DNA of 62,693 nt, filler included, from Nitrospinota bacterium (GCA_030620925.1; 13 parts of 13 records of this genome joined end to end with filler, not necessarily neighbours in it), one strand, 5' to 3'. Shown: positions 17,479 through 27,482, counted from the first letter of the whole stretch. Numbers and translations are program-made. Notes: generated by a model not told the origin, from the sequence alone.

Positions 17479-19382
17479 ACCGCTTTTTCCTCCATGTCCG
17501 CCGGTTTTCCGGCTATCGGCAAACGCACGAAGAAATCCGTGCCCTCCCCGGGCGAGCTTTTAACGGAGACCGTTCCTCCAATTTTGTCCATCAGATTCCT
17601 GCAGATGTAGAGCCCCAGGCCTGTTCCCTTTCCGGGCGGTTTTCTGGTGAAAAAGGGTTCGAAGATTTTGCCCATATCCTCTTTCGCTATTCCCTTGCCT
17701 GTGTCGGAGATGGTCACCTGAATCAAGTTGTCTGACATAACGGTTCGGACGGTGAGGCAACCCCCCTCGTCTTCTATGGCTTGTATTGCGTTGAGTATGA
17801 GGTTGAAAAACACCTCTCGCAGGTCCGATTGATCCAGTTGCAAGAGGGGTACGGAGGGGTCTAAATCCTTCATTACTTCTATCTCACGGCGCGTCGATTC
17901 GGATTCCAGCAGGGAGATGGTCTCTTCCAGGCATTGGTTGACGTCCACGCTTTTTGTGGAGGGGATGGATTTTCTGGAAAGGAACAGGAGCTTATCGGTT
18001 ATTATCTTACATCTTTCAGCCTCTTTTTTGGAGAGGCCCAGGTATTTATTAAATTTGTTGAGCTCTTCGGGCACCAGGGGTGAGCTGGATTTCTTAAGCA
18101 TCCGCTGAAGCCCTTCGATGCAGGTGGTTATGGACGCCAGGGGGTTCTTTATCTCGTGAGATATGCCCGAGGCAAGCAGCCCCAGGGAAGCCAGGCGCTC
18201 GGAATGGATCAGCTCCGCTTCCAGTTTTTTCCTCTCTGTGATGTCCCTTATCACTTCCACCACCTGATATACGTTTCCCGCGCTGTCCTTTATGGGAGAA
18301 GCATAGATTTCAAGCTCTATCTCTTCATCCTTTGTGTTCCGGAAGCTCCTGATGGTTTTGTGAAGGGTGCCTGTGCGGAATGTCTCTTCGGCAAGGCAGT
18401 ACTGGTTGTCCGCCCCCTCTTCATTAAAGAGGGCGCCGCAGATTTTACCTACCAGTTCTTCCGTGGGACGCCCCATCAGATGCGAGACGGCATCATTTGC
18501 GGCTACTACACGATCCTCTCTGTTCACCACCAGAACCCCTTCGTCTATGCTGTTCACCAGTTTTTCCAGTTGCTCTTTCTGCAGTTTTATCTCTTTGATT
18601 TTTATGTATTCTTTCAGGTCTTCGGTCATCTGGTTGAAATTGTGGGCGAGCTGGGCCAGTTCGTCCGCCCCCCGTTCATCCACCATGGCGTCCAATTCTC
18701 CCCGGCCCACCCTGCTGGTATGTTTGAGGAAGTCGAACAGCCTGTGGATTACCAGTCTGTTCAACAGCAGCCAGAGCACGGCGGACATTACTCCGATGAC
18801 TATAAGTGTCCAGAGGAGGACTTTTTTGACGTTGGCCTTTAGCGCCTGGTTTACATCGGCCATGGAGAAATCCATCATCAGCACACCATTCAGTTTTTCA
18901 GACGCGTCGTGGCATCGATGGCATTCGGGATAGTTGAAGATGGGGTTGACGTTGCGGAAGACCTTCTCCCCGGAGGGGGTGGTATAGACGATCGTGGTGG
19001 CCCTGTTTTCCGGCTTATGTTGGTGGCAGATAAGGCAGGTGGTTTCCTCTCTGGTCATGTTTATCCCCACCATCACAGGGTCGGAGGCGAACTTAACGGT
19101 CCCTTTCTTGTCCAGTATCATGATATTTTGGAGGCTTTCCTCCTGAGCAAGCCTACTGATAACGCCGTCTATCATATCCAGATGATCGCCCAGCATGGCA
19201 TACTGGAGACTGCTCCTTATCAGGGCGCTGACGTTTGTGGTGGAGGTTCTGAGGCTTTCTATCCACTGCTCCCGCTGATAGCGGTAGAGCAGGTAGGTGG
19301 ATATACTGAGGATAATGGCCAGCGTAGCGACTATGCCTATGGTTATCTTGAAGTTCAGCCTGTCGAAAAATTTAATACCCAT
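17475..19382 (-). CDS. Sensor histidine kinase with two periplasmic CxxCH motifs, HAMP and PAS
   Basis: TM1, periplasmic region (CLICH, CHRCH), TM2, HAMP (DELAQLAHNFNQM), PAS, H-box SHEIKNPL, and N/G1/F/G2 boxes. Confidence 0.95.
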   Translation of the reverse strand: MGIKFFDRLNFKITIGIVATLAIILSISTYLLYRYQREQWIESLRTSTTNVSALIRSSLQYAMLGDHLDMIDGVISRLAQEESLQNIMILDKKGTVKFASDPVMVGINMTREETTCLICHQHKPENRATTIVYTTPSGEKVFRNVNPIFNYPECHRCHDASEKLNGVLMMDFSMADVNQALKANVKKVLLWTLIVIGVMSAVLWLLLNRLVIHRLFDFLKHTSRVGRGELDAMVDERGADELAQLAHNFNQMTEDLKEYIKIKEIKLQKEQLEKLVNSIDEGVLVVNREDRVVAANDAVSHLMGRPTEELVGKICGALFNEEGADNQYCLAEETFRTGTLHKTIRSFRNTKDEEIELEIYASPIKDSAGNVYQVVEVIRDITERKKLEAELIHSERLASLGLLASGISHEIKNPLASITTCIEGLQRMLKKSSSPLVPEELNKFNKYLGLSKKEAERCKIITDKLLFLSRKSIPSTKSVDVNQCLEETISLLESESTRREIEVMKDLDPSVPLLQLDQSDLREVFFNLILNAIQAIEDEGGCLTVRTVMSDNLIQVTISDTGKGIAKEDMGKIFEPFFTRKPPGKGTGLGLYICRNLMDKIGGTVSVKSSPGEGTDFFVRLPIAGKPADMEEKAV

Positions 19383-19939
19383 TGATGACCCAAGACAGAG
19401 GTTAATTGATTCTGAGGCAAAAGGGTCATTTGCGCGGCGAGTTAGATACTGACATATCTACATGTAGGGCAGGAGATAAATCGAGATATTTTGTTGTTTT
19501 CGTCAGATATAATGCTCGGTTGTTCTGACTAAATTTCTATTCTAATAGGAATATATATATATCAAGTAGAAGTGTGCAATTTTCTGCGGATAATAAAAGG
19601 GTTCTTTCAAAATTCCCTCGATTCTTGAAAAAATTGTGAGTGCGCCTTTTGAAACCCCGCGTTCCGCGGCGCACGCTTCCCTTTGTAGCGAGCGGTTAAT
19701 AGAAATAGGGGAAAAGGTTAATATGGTAAAGTCGTGGAAAATCGTCTGTGGTGTTAGGAGCGGATTTAAGGGAGGATGTGTCTGGTCTTGACACTATTGT
19801 GGGGCACCGAAGATTTCCTTCCAATCGTACCTTTCAACTTATCGGCAGTCATAATAGATGTAAGCCCGGTACAACTTATGGGCCGGTGCCGGCTGTTCCC
19901 GCGTGCGCCGGTATCCGATGAGCGCCAGGGGATTACGGC

Positions 19940-20401
19940 TCAATCTTCTTCCTCTTCTTCGCCCAGGAGGCCCTTCTCCCGGTATTCTTTTATCTCGTTG
20001 GTGAGCCATTCGGTTATGGCCTCGCCTCCGTGGACGCGGTCTTTCAGGTCTTCCTCAAGGTCGGTGGGCTCGATGACAACGAACCAGCCCTGCCCGTAGG
20101 GGTCTTCGTTGACCAGCCGAGGGTTCTTGAGCACCGTGTCGTTGTGTTCGATGACCTCCCCGTTAACGGGGGCCTTGAGCGGCCCGATATATTTACCCGC
20201 CTCCAGGGAACCGAAGGCTCGGCCTTTGCGCACCGACCTGCCCACCGGCATCAGCTTGATGTAGGCCACCGTGCCCGCGGACTGTTGGCCGAACATATCC
20301 AGACCCACGCGCACGTTTCCGTTCTCGATCCTGCTCCACAGGTGCTCCTTGGGGTCGTAATAGAGGTCGTCGGGCAGCTCGTATTTTTCCACGTTAGCCA
20401 T
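19940..20401 (-). CDS. Glycine-cleavage-H-like lipoate-binding protein (LbpA-like)
   Basis: LPDDLYYD..HLW, lipoyl-Lys motif SLEAGKYIGPLKAPVNGEV, VNEDPYGQGW. Confidence 0.9.
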   Translation of the reverse strand: MANVEKYELPDDLYYDPKEHLWSRIENGNVRVGLDMFGQQSAGTVAYIKLMPVGRSVRKGRAFGSLEAGKYIGPLKAPVNGEVIEHNDTVLKNPRLVNEDPYGQGWFVVIEPTDLEEDLKDRVHGGEAITEWLTNEIKEYREKGLLGEEEEED

Positions 20402-21605
20402 TTTTACGCGGGCCTCCCTTGAATATGCCCTTTTCCAGTACCAGCTCCACGATGTCTTTGATCTCCATGGCGGACTCTTCCGTGCTGACGCTGTTAAGCA
20501 GCATCCGTTTGCACTGCTGGCAGGCGGTGACCACCATCTGCGCGCCCGTGCTCTGCACGGCGTTTAAAAGATCGCAGGCGATCTTGTTGGTTACGTCGGC
20601 GTCGATCATCTCCAGGTCGCCGCCCCCGCCGCAGCAGTAGCCGCGCTCCCTGTTCTGGGGCAGCTCCACGAAATTTTTGGCCCCTGCTTTGATGACCTCC
20701 CTGGGAGGCTCGAAGACTTTCATGCCCCGGCCCAGGTCGCAGGGGTCGTGGTAGGTGGTAGTCTGCTCGATTTCCTTTATCTCCAGGCGGCCCTGTGTGA
20801 TGAGCCGGTGTATGTACTGCGTGGAGTGAAGCAGCTCCACACCTTCCAGTTTATAGTAGTTGTTCCAGGTATAATAGCAGGAAGGGCAGCTGAAGACCAC
20901 CGTCCGTGCGCCCAGATTTTCGAGTTTCTCCAGGTTGTGTTGGCGCAAGGCCTCCGCCTCCCCTGGCAGGCCGGCGATTATGAGGGGGAACCCGCAGCAC
21001 CACTCTTCTTCTCCCAGGACGGCGAAATCCTCGCCCGCCGCTTCCAGCAGACGCAGGAAAGAGGTGGGTATTTCCTGGACGGCCGGGGAGAAGGAGCCGA
21101 TGCAGCCCACGAAATAGAGAACGTCGGCCCTCTCTTTCTGATAAAGGTGGTCGGGGACGTCGTCCATGAACTCCACCCACATGGCTCTCTCTTCGTTGGG
21201 GTAGTCCAGGACGTTATGCTCTTTGCGGGTAATCTCTATAACTTGATCGAGTACTGCCGGAGCGTGGCCCCGCTCCACCAGCTCATGACGCACGGAAATC
21301 CACAGGTTCCGCTGGTCGATGTTGACCGGACAGACCTGCTGACAACGCCCGCACAGAGTACATAGATAGGTGTTCTCAGACAGGGTGGTGAGTTGGGGAG
21401 ACATGTCTCTATTTCTTTTCAACAGCCTGCCCAGCAGTCCTCGCTCCCTGCCTATGATCCTGCGCAGCATGCTGATCTTTTCGGCGGGAATATAGAGGTC
21501 CGCCGCTCCCTGCACGTTTATGGGGCAGGGATTCATGCACTCGCCGCATCGGGTGCAGGCGTCCAGCTCCATGAGTTGTTTAACGGAGAAGTTGGTGAGC
21601 GTCAT
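20394..21605 (-). CDS. HdrD-like Fe-S oxidoreductase (two [4Fe-4S] motifs plus two CCG domains)
   Basis: CTRCGECMNPCP, CTLCGRCQQVCP, YFVGC, EWCCG, SCPSC, YHDPCDLGR, CCGGGG, TACQQC. Confidence 0.93.
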   Translation of the reverse strand: MTLTNFSVKQLMELDACTRCGECMNPCPINVQGAADLYIPAEKISMLRRIIGRERGLLGRLLKRNRDMSPQLTTLSENTYLCTLCGRCQQVCPVNIDQRNLWISVRHELVERGHAPAVLDQVIEITRKEHNVLDYPNEERAMWVEFMDDVPDHLYQKERADVLYFVGCIGSFSPAVQEIPTSFLRLLEAAGEDFAVLGEEEWCCGFPLIIAGLPGEAEALRQHNLEKLENLGARTVVFSCPSCYYTWNNYYKLEGVELLHSTQYIHRLITQGRLEIKEIEQTTTYHDPCDLGRGMKVFEPPREVIKAGAKNFVELPQNRERGYCCGGGGDLEMIDADVTNKIACDLLNAVQSTGAQMVVTACQQCKRMLLNSVSTEESAMEIKDIVELVLEKGIFKGGPRKNG

Positions 21606-21615
21606 GAAATCCTCT

Positions 21616-22096
21616 TCAGGTCTGTCTCTGCGCGGACAGGTTGTTTATTGCAATGACCAGGGGGCTTGCGAAAAGATGTATGAACTTGCCGAAGGGTATG
21701 TATGCGATGAAAGCCAATGATGCCAGGGCATGAACGTACCACAGGGCCGTATGGGCGAAGGCCCAGTGCTCTCCGGGTGTGCCCGCCGCGGATATAAGGT
21801 GTCCCATGAAAGCGTAGCGGGTGACTTCAGGCGGTGTCCCCTCCATGAGGAAGCGGAAGCCTTCCGCCACAAACCCGCTGATAACCACCGCCGCCAGCAG
21901 GACGACGGCCATCAGGTCTTCCGGGGTGTTCAGCAGTTGGGGGACCCTGAAGGCTGTCCGGCGAAGGACGGCTAATACCACGCCGGCTATTATCATTGAC
22001 CCTAACAGGTCGAACATCAGGGCCAGGTATGGGAGGTCTTTCACGGCTTCCTCCCCCATTCCCCCGCGGATGTAGGACACTTCGATACCATCGAAT
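21616..22096 (-). CDS. NarI/HdrE-like cytochrome b membrane subunit (N-truncated)
   Basis: Several TM helices; SGFVAEGFR and WYVHALASLAFIAYIPFGKFIHLF (two heme-b histidines). Confidence 0.88.
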
Positions 22097-22196
22097 NNNN
22101 NNNNNNNNNNNNNNNNNNNNNNNNNNNNNNNNNNNNNNNNTTAATTAATTAANNNNNNNNNNNNNNNNNNNNNNNNNNNNNNNNNNNNNNNNNNNN

Positions 22197-22296
22197 GGAA
22201 GCCGATTTGCAGGCCCTGATGTTCAGCACGGAAGACCACAGGGAAGGGGTAACCGCTTTCCTGGAAAAGAGACAGGGCTCTTTCAAAGGCAGATGA
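22197..22296 (+). CDS. Enoyl-CoA hydratase/isomerase C-terminal fragment
   Basis: [32 protein letters not shown]-stop. Confidence 0.85.
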
Positions 22297-22494
22297 AATT
22301 AACCCAGACGATGAAATGCATATGGATTGTACGGATTGAATTAAGGAATTGACAGGGCGCTCTGCGTTCCACTATTATTAGCCTGGCGGAAACATGGGAT
22401 TTTTTCCCGCCGCCGGTGGCATTTCGGTCGGAAGAAAGGGTTGAAGGGAGACATACTGATTTTGCTGCAATCATCAGCGAGGAGGGAATGATCT

Positions 22495-23349
22495 ATGAAA
22501 GCTATCGACGTTCACAGCCACATCAGCACCGAGGAAGGTTCCATCAAATACAGCGACGAGGTGCGGGCGGGCATGGAGGCCTACTACCGTTTCAAGACCG
22601 CCTATAAGACCGAAGACGAGATGGCCGAAGACTTCAGGAAGGCAGACGTCAAGGGCCTCATCATCGCCTGGGACTCGGGGCACAACATGGGCACGGAGCC
22701 GGTCACCAACGACTATGTGGCCAAGCTGTGCGACACATATCCGGACGCTTTCATCGGCGGCTGGTGCTGCGTGGACCCCTGGAGGGGACAAATAGCCGTT
22801 CAGGAGATCGAGCGCTCCATCAAGGAGCTGGGCATGATGGGGGTGAAATTTCAGGGCATCGCCCAGGCTTTCTTTCCCGATGACCCCATGATGTATCCCA
22901 TTTACGAGACAATAATGGCCCTGGACGTTCCGGTAATGTTCCACACGGGCACCACGGGCCTAGGTGCCGGCAGCGCCGGAGGCGGAGGGTTCAAGCTGAA
23001 ATATACCCGCCCCATCCCGCATTTCGATAACATCGGCGCCGATTTCCCCAAGATGAAAATAATCATGGCCCATTACGGCTGGCCCTGGCAGGACGAACAG
23101 ATCGCCGTGCTGCTGCACAAGAACAACGTCTTTTGCGAGCTCTCCGGCTGGTCCCCCAAATATTTTGTGGAAAGCTACCGGAGAGAAATAGGGGGCAGGC
23201 TTCAAGACAAGTTCATGTTCGGGACGGACTACCCCGTGCTCTCCCATGAGCGGCTCATCAACGATTACCAGCAGCTCGGGTTCAAGGACGAGGTGGTGGA
23301 AAAAATCCTGTATAAGAACGCCATTGAGATACTCAACCTGAAGGTTTAA
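22495..23349 (+). CDS. Amidohydrolase-2 family protein (resembles CouO aryl-beta-ketoacyl-CoA hydrolases)
   Basis: IDVHSH, FHTGTTGLGAG..GGGGFKLKY, AHYGWPWQDE, ELSGWSPKYF and MFGTDYP motifs. Confidence 0.85.
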   Translation: MKAIDVHSHISTEEGSIKYSDEVRAGMEAYYRFKTAYKTEDEMAEDFRKADVKGLIIAWDSGHNMGTEPVTNDYVAKLCDTYPDAFIGGWCCVDPWRGQIAVQEIERSIKELGMMGVKFQGIAQAFFPDDPMMYPIYETIMALDVPVMFHTGTTGLGAGSAGGGGFKLKYTRPIPHFDNIGADFPKMKIIMAHYGWPWQDEQIAVLLHKNNVFCELSGWSPKYFVESYRREIGGRLQDKFMFGTDYPVLSHERLINDYQQLGFKDEVVEKILYKNAIEILNLKV

Positions 23350-23402
23350 CTTATGAATCCTGGGGGGCCGGGTGAAAAAATCCGGCTCTGATTTCACAGA
23401 TA

Positions 23403-23436
23403 TTGAGGGGGCCTTGTTGGTAAAAAGGTCCCCTCA
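23403..23436 (+). terminator. Putative terminator hairpin
   Basis: TTGAGGGGGCCTT...AAGGTCCCCTCAA downstream of the amidohydrolase gene. Confidence 0.5.
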
Positions 23437-23542
23437 AACTTCTTTCAACAACTTTTGAATTGTCAATCTTGATATCGCAAATCTGATTTATCCATCAGGA
23501 ATTATCGTTCACCATAATATGGACGTTTAATTGGAGGGTGCT

Positions 23543-24286
23543 ATGAGGTTAAAGGATAAGGTGGCGGTGATCACCGGCGCCGGGCAGGGAATCGGGAAGG
23601 CGGTAGCGCTGGGTTACGCCAGGGAAGGGGCCGTTGCCGTGGTGGCCGACGTGGACAGCGATACGGGCCAAGAGACGGTGAAAGAGATAAAGGATAAAGG
23701 AGGCAAAGCGCTGTTCGCGGCCGCAGATGTATCCAAAAGAGGGGATGTTCAGAACATCCTGGATACTTCCATAAAAGAATTCGGCCAGGTGGATATCTGG
23801 GTCAACAACGCGGGTATTATCAGGCCCGCCATGCTGCATAAGATGACCGACGAGCAGTGGGACAAGGTAATAGACGTGCATCTTAAAGGTACTTTTCTGG
23901 GCATACAGGTCGCTGCCAGACATATGATGGAACGCAACAGCGGCCGCATAATAAACGTTACCTCAAGGGCCGGCACTGCGGGAACTATAGGGCAGATCAA
24001 TTACAGTGCGGCCAAGGCGGGCATAACCGGATTAACCAAGTCGGCGGCCCGCGAGCTTGCCCGCTGCGGGATACTGGTCAACTGCATATCTCCTGCTGCA
24101 ACCACGCGCATGACGGAGAGGATACAGACCGATCCCAAGTTCAAAGATGTCTATCTCGCCCGGATTCCTCTGGGCAGATGGTCTGATGCGGAAGAGATGG
24201 TGGGCATGTTCGTTTATCTGGCTTCGGATGAGTGCAGCTACATGACTGGCCAGATAATCAAGATGACCGGCGGCTCGGATATGTGA
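23543..24286 (+). CDS. Short-chain dehydrogenase/reductase, FabG-like
   Basis: TGAGQGIG, NNAG, NYSAAK; GGAGG RBS before ATG 23543. Confidence 0.93.
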   Translation: MRLKDKVAVITGAGQGIGKAVALGYAREGAVAVVADVDSDTGQETVKEIKDKGGKALFAAADVSKRGDVQNILDTSIKEFGQVDIWVNNAGIIRPAMLHKMTDEQWDKVIDVHLKGTFLGIQVAARHMMERNSGRIINVTSRAGTAGTIGQINYSAAKAGITGLTKSAARELARCGILVNCISPAATTRMTERIQTDPKFKDVYLARIPLGRWSDAEEMVGMFVYLASDECSYMTGQIIKMTGGSDM

Positions 24287-24317
24287 AAAAATCGAGGAAG
24301 GCTTATCCTCGATTTTT
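24287..24317. terminator. Bidirectional intrinsic terminator
   Basis: AAAAATCGAGGA-N7-TCCTCGATTTTT between convergent genes. Confidence 0.8.
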
Positions 24318-24331
24318 CAGCGCCTGAAATA

Positions 24332-24820
24332 TCATCTCCCGCGAATGCCCCTGCCACCCATGTGTCCCCCCCGGTCCTCGCCCATCTGCTCCATGTGGCG
24401 TATCATATCACGGCGTATCTGCCGGAGCATTTCGGCCTGCTGTCGGGAAAGAACCCTTCGTACTTCCAGGAGCATCAACAGGCGGGATTTCTCGAGCCTG
24501 GTGCGAGTCTTTTGAACCGCCTCGACCATCTCATTGAGCTTTCTATGATCCAGGTCTTCGCGGCTCTGAGTTTCCAGATAAGTTTCCAGTGCCCGATAAC
24601 GTTTCCTCAAGAGAACTGAGAGCTCCAGGAATTCCTTGCGGTGTCTTAAGAAGATTTTATCGATGTTTTTGCTCTGTTCTTCCGACAGGCTAAGTGTGGT
24701 GATCATGTGCTGATTATGCCACCACTTCCCGCGTGCAGGCATATCGAAGGCGAATGCGGGAGCTATCCACAGGATGGCGGCTAATAACGCAGAGCATATT
24801 ATGAGTTCAAATCTTTTCAT
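24332..24820 (-). CDS. Periplasmic Spy/CpxP/ZraP-like protein
   Basis: Signal peptide (AFA), GKWW, LSLSEEQ and VLSRQQ (LTxEQ-like) motifs, Met/Gly-rich tail. Confidence 0.8.
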   Translation of the reverse strand: MKRFELIICSALLAAILWIAPAFAFDMPARGKWWHNQHMITTLSLSEEQSKNIDKIFLRHRKEFLELSVLLRKRYRALETYLETQSREDLDHRKLNEMVEAVQKTRTRLEKSRLLMLLEVRRVLSRQQAEMLRQIRRDMIRHMEQMGEDRGGHMGGRGIRGR

Positions 24821-25335
24821 AATTTCGCGCTCCTTACGGGAAGTCTCGGAAGACTGCTCTGATCTCCCTGCTCTGCATAGTCCATCCAGAAATTAATGGT
24901 TTCCAGGCTCTCCGAAAGAGGCTTATTCATCAAATCCTGCATCTCGTTTATCAGCAGTTCGTCGTTATGGCTCAGTTTGATGTAGTAGGCGTCCTTCAGG
25001 CGTCTTTCTTCACCCGGGTTCCAGGAGAAGATCAACCCTACGGCTATAAGAACGGCCGCGGCCATGGGGGCCAATTTACGCCAGGGTATCGCTAACGGGG
25101 GCCTTTCCGACTCTCTGACCCTGGCCATTATACGCCCGCGTTGCGCTCCCCAGTCCGTCTCCTGCCCTTCCTGGAACGCGGATTTTATTTCATCCAGCGA
25201 GTGCTCCAGTTTCCGGTAATAGTCGTCGCAGATGGAACAGCTCAACAGATGCTCACCGAACCCCTCTTCGGCCGCTTCCCGCCGGTAGTAATAGTCGAGA
25301 AATTTTTCTTCTGAATAGTGCAGCTTCTTCGTCAT
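24817..25335 (-). CDS. Zinc-binding transmembrane anti-sigma factor
   Basis: HLLSCSIC (HxxxCxxC), one TM helix, overlaps the ECF sigma gene. Confidence 0.85.
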   Translation of the reverse strand: MTKKLHYSEEKFLDYYYRREAAEEGFGEHLLSCSICDDYYRKLEHSLDEIKSAFQEGQETDWGAQRGRIMARVRESERPPLAIPWRKLAPMAAAVLIAVGLIFSWNPGEERRLKDAYYIKLSHNDELLINEMQDLMNKPLSESLETINFWMDYAEQGDQSSLPRLPVRSAKL

Positions 25336-25937
25336 TTTTCTATGCCTTCCAGTTCATGCCTGATTTTTCTGACTCCCCTGAAAAGCTGGCTCTTTATGGT
25401 CCCCTCCGAAAGCCCCGTTGTTACGGCTATCTCTTTAAGGGACATGTCTTGCAGGTGTTTGAGCACGAAAACCATCCTCTGTTGCGATGATAGTTTGTCC
25501 ATGGCCTCGTATACCCTTTCCCGTAAGTCGCGGTTCATGGTCTGTTCCTCGAGGTCCTGCTTGGAATCGGGGAATTCTTGCAGCTGCTGTTTCTCCTCGT
25601 CGTCGGCATTTGCCTTGGGCCATGGGAATGTGCGTCGTATTTTCTTCTTCCTCAAAACGTCTATGCAAAGGTTTATGGCTATGCGCGTCAGCCATGTATC
25701 GATTTTTGCTTCGCCTCTAAAACTTTCTCTTTTGATGTAGGCGCGCAGAAAAGTCTCCTGCGTGATATCTTCCGCCTCCTCACGCGACCGGAGATACTGA
25801 TATGCAAGATTATAGATTCGCTTCTGGTTGCGCCCGATCCACTCATTAAGCTCATTTTCCGCATCCATTTCAGCGGGCGCCTCAGCGATCTTCGAGTCGA
25901 ACATCTGACCCCGCTTGGCTTTTCCTGATTTAGGCAT
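25332..25937 (-). CDS. ECF RNA polymerase sigma factor
   Basis: EAEDITQETFLRAY, TWLTRIAINLCID, EIA...SEGTIKSQLFRG. Confidence 0.95.
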   Translation of the reverse strand: MPKSGKAKRGQMFDSKIAEAPAEMDAENELNEWIGRNQKRIYNLAYQYLRSREEAEDITQETFLRAYIKRESFRGEAKIDTWLTRIAINLCIDVLRKKKIRRTFPWPKANADDEEKQQLQEFPDSKQDLEEQTMNRDLRERVYEAMDKLSSQQRMVFVLKHLQDMSLKEIAVTTGLSEGTIKSQLFRGVRKIRHELEGIEK

Positions 25938-26221
25938 TAATTATAGCTTTCATTAGATAAGACGTATTGTGCAGAGCGAGGTTTACACGCCTATCTATTT
26001 AATTTGCAACAGGAAACGAGGAATTAAATGAAATATCGCCCACATCCCGCAGAGGGCAGCGTCCGGAAATTGAGGACGTACCTCTAAATATACGTCCCGC
26101 AGGGGGAAAATATCCGATATCCCGGTTCGCACCCGCACCCCCCGGGACATGGCGCGGGCGCAGTGCAGGAGCGGGAATAGAGCTCTCAATGCCCGCTATT
26201 ATCGTCCGGAGAGAAGTTTTG

Positions 26222-27007
26222 TTATCTTCCCTTGAATTGAGGGTCTCTCTTCTCGTTAAAGGCGGCCAGTCCCTCTTTGCAGTCGTCGGTGAGGAAATGC
26301 ATCTGCACTCCGCTCAGCTCCATCTCGAGTCCGGAATGGAGGTCCACCTGCATTCCATTGTTGATCAGCCGCTTCACGGTGGCGGTGGCCATGGGGCTCT
26401 TCTCGCAAAGCTTCTTGGCCAGAGCCGTCGTTTCCTCTTCAAGTTTGTCCGCGGGCACCACCTTGTTCACCAGGCCGAAGCTGACGGCGTCTTCGGGGCT
26501 TATCCAGTCTCCGGAATACATTAGCTCTTTTGCTTTTCTGATGCCCAGCGCCCTGGGCAGCCTCTGGGTGTTTCCTCCGCCGGCCACCAGGCCGAAGTTG
26601 GCGTGCTGGTCGCCTATCTGGGCGGCATCGGAAAGGATAGCCAGGTCGCAGCACATTACCAGCTCCAGACCGCCTGCCAGCGCGAAACCGTTGATGGCCG
26701 CTATGGTGCATATCGGAAGGTCTTCAAACCTGTTGAAGGTTTTGTGCCAGAATCTCAGGAATTCGTCACCCTGCCCCCCGGAGTCCTCACTGCCTTTGAG
26801 TGCCTTGAGATCGGCCCCTGCGGAAAAGGCACGCCCTTCGCCGGTCAGGATCGCCACCCGGACCTCCTTGTCATTTTCGATGGTTTCACAGGCGGCGTTG
26901 AGATCCTCTATAACTCCCTGATTGATGGCGTTTAGCGCTTTTGGCCTGTTGATAGTCAGTCTGACAATGTGTCCTTCCTTCTCGTACCTGATGTTCTCGA
27001 AAGCCAT
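26222..27007 (-). CDS. Enoyl-CoA hydratase/isomerase
   Basis: NRPKALNA, AFSAGADL, AINGFALAGGLEL, EGLAAFNEKRDPQFKGR. Confidence 0.95.
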   Translation of the reverse strand: MAFENIRYEKEGHIVRLTINRPKALNAINQGVIEDLNAACETIENDKEVRVAILTGEGRAFSAGADLKALKGSEDSGGQGDEFLRFWHKTFNRFEDLPICTIAAINGFALAGGLELVMCCDLAILSDAAQIGDQHANFGLVAGGGNTQRLPRALGIRKAKELMYSGDWISPEDAVSFGLVNKVVPADKLEEETTALAKKLCEKSPMATATVKRLINNGMQVDLHSGLEMELSGVQMHFLTDDCKEGLAAFNEKRDPQFKGR

Positions 27008-27244
27008 AACTTACCTCCCTCAAAGATAACTTAAAATCGAATATCTCCGGCTGCGATGGGTCGGTGTCTGGTTCCATCTTCCCTGGTTTACGGAACGGGG
27101 TCAATATACAACAAGCCAAAATCCAATACAAGGTCTTTGCTTCGGACGTTTTCTCCTTGAAAAAAGTTGTATGTATAATAAGATTGCTCCACCATAAGGT
27201 AACCGGTTTGTTCTTTATACTCCATACAGAAGGAGGGACCTCCA

Positions 27245-27305
27245 ATGTCTTACGAGACGCTACTTTACGAGGTAAAGGACGGGATTGCCACCATTACCAT
27301 TAACC
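27245..27305 (+). CDS. Enoyl-CoA hydratase N-terminal fragment
   Basis: AAGGAGG RBS, then MSYETLLYEVKDGIATITIN. Confidence 0.75.
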
Positions 27306-27482
27306 NNNNNNNNNNNNNNNNNNNNNNNNNNNNNNNNNNNNNNNNNNNNTTAATTAATTAANNNNNNNNNNNNNNNNNNNNNNNNNNNNNNNNNNNNNNN
27401 NNNNNAGAGAGATCTACCTTTATAATTTTTCCTGCATACCCTTTATACTCGACCATCGGACAGCCTTCGATGTTTTATATTT

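Noticed and set aside
19940-21605. Further Sec read-through at TGA stops or in HdrD
   Set aside because: HdrD has all its Cys motifs intact and ends in TAA. GcvH, Rieske and the other TGA-ending genes are already full length for their families.
22197-27305. Contig starts with the end of an enoyl-CoA hydratase and ends with the start of one, suggesting a circle
   Set aside because: There is no terminal overlap and no replication or mobility gene. The genome has many hydratase paralogs.
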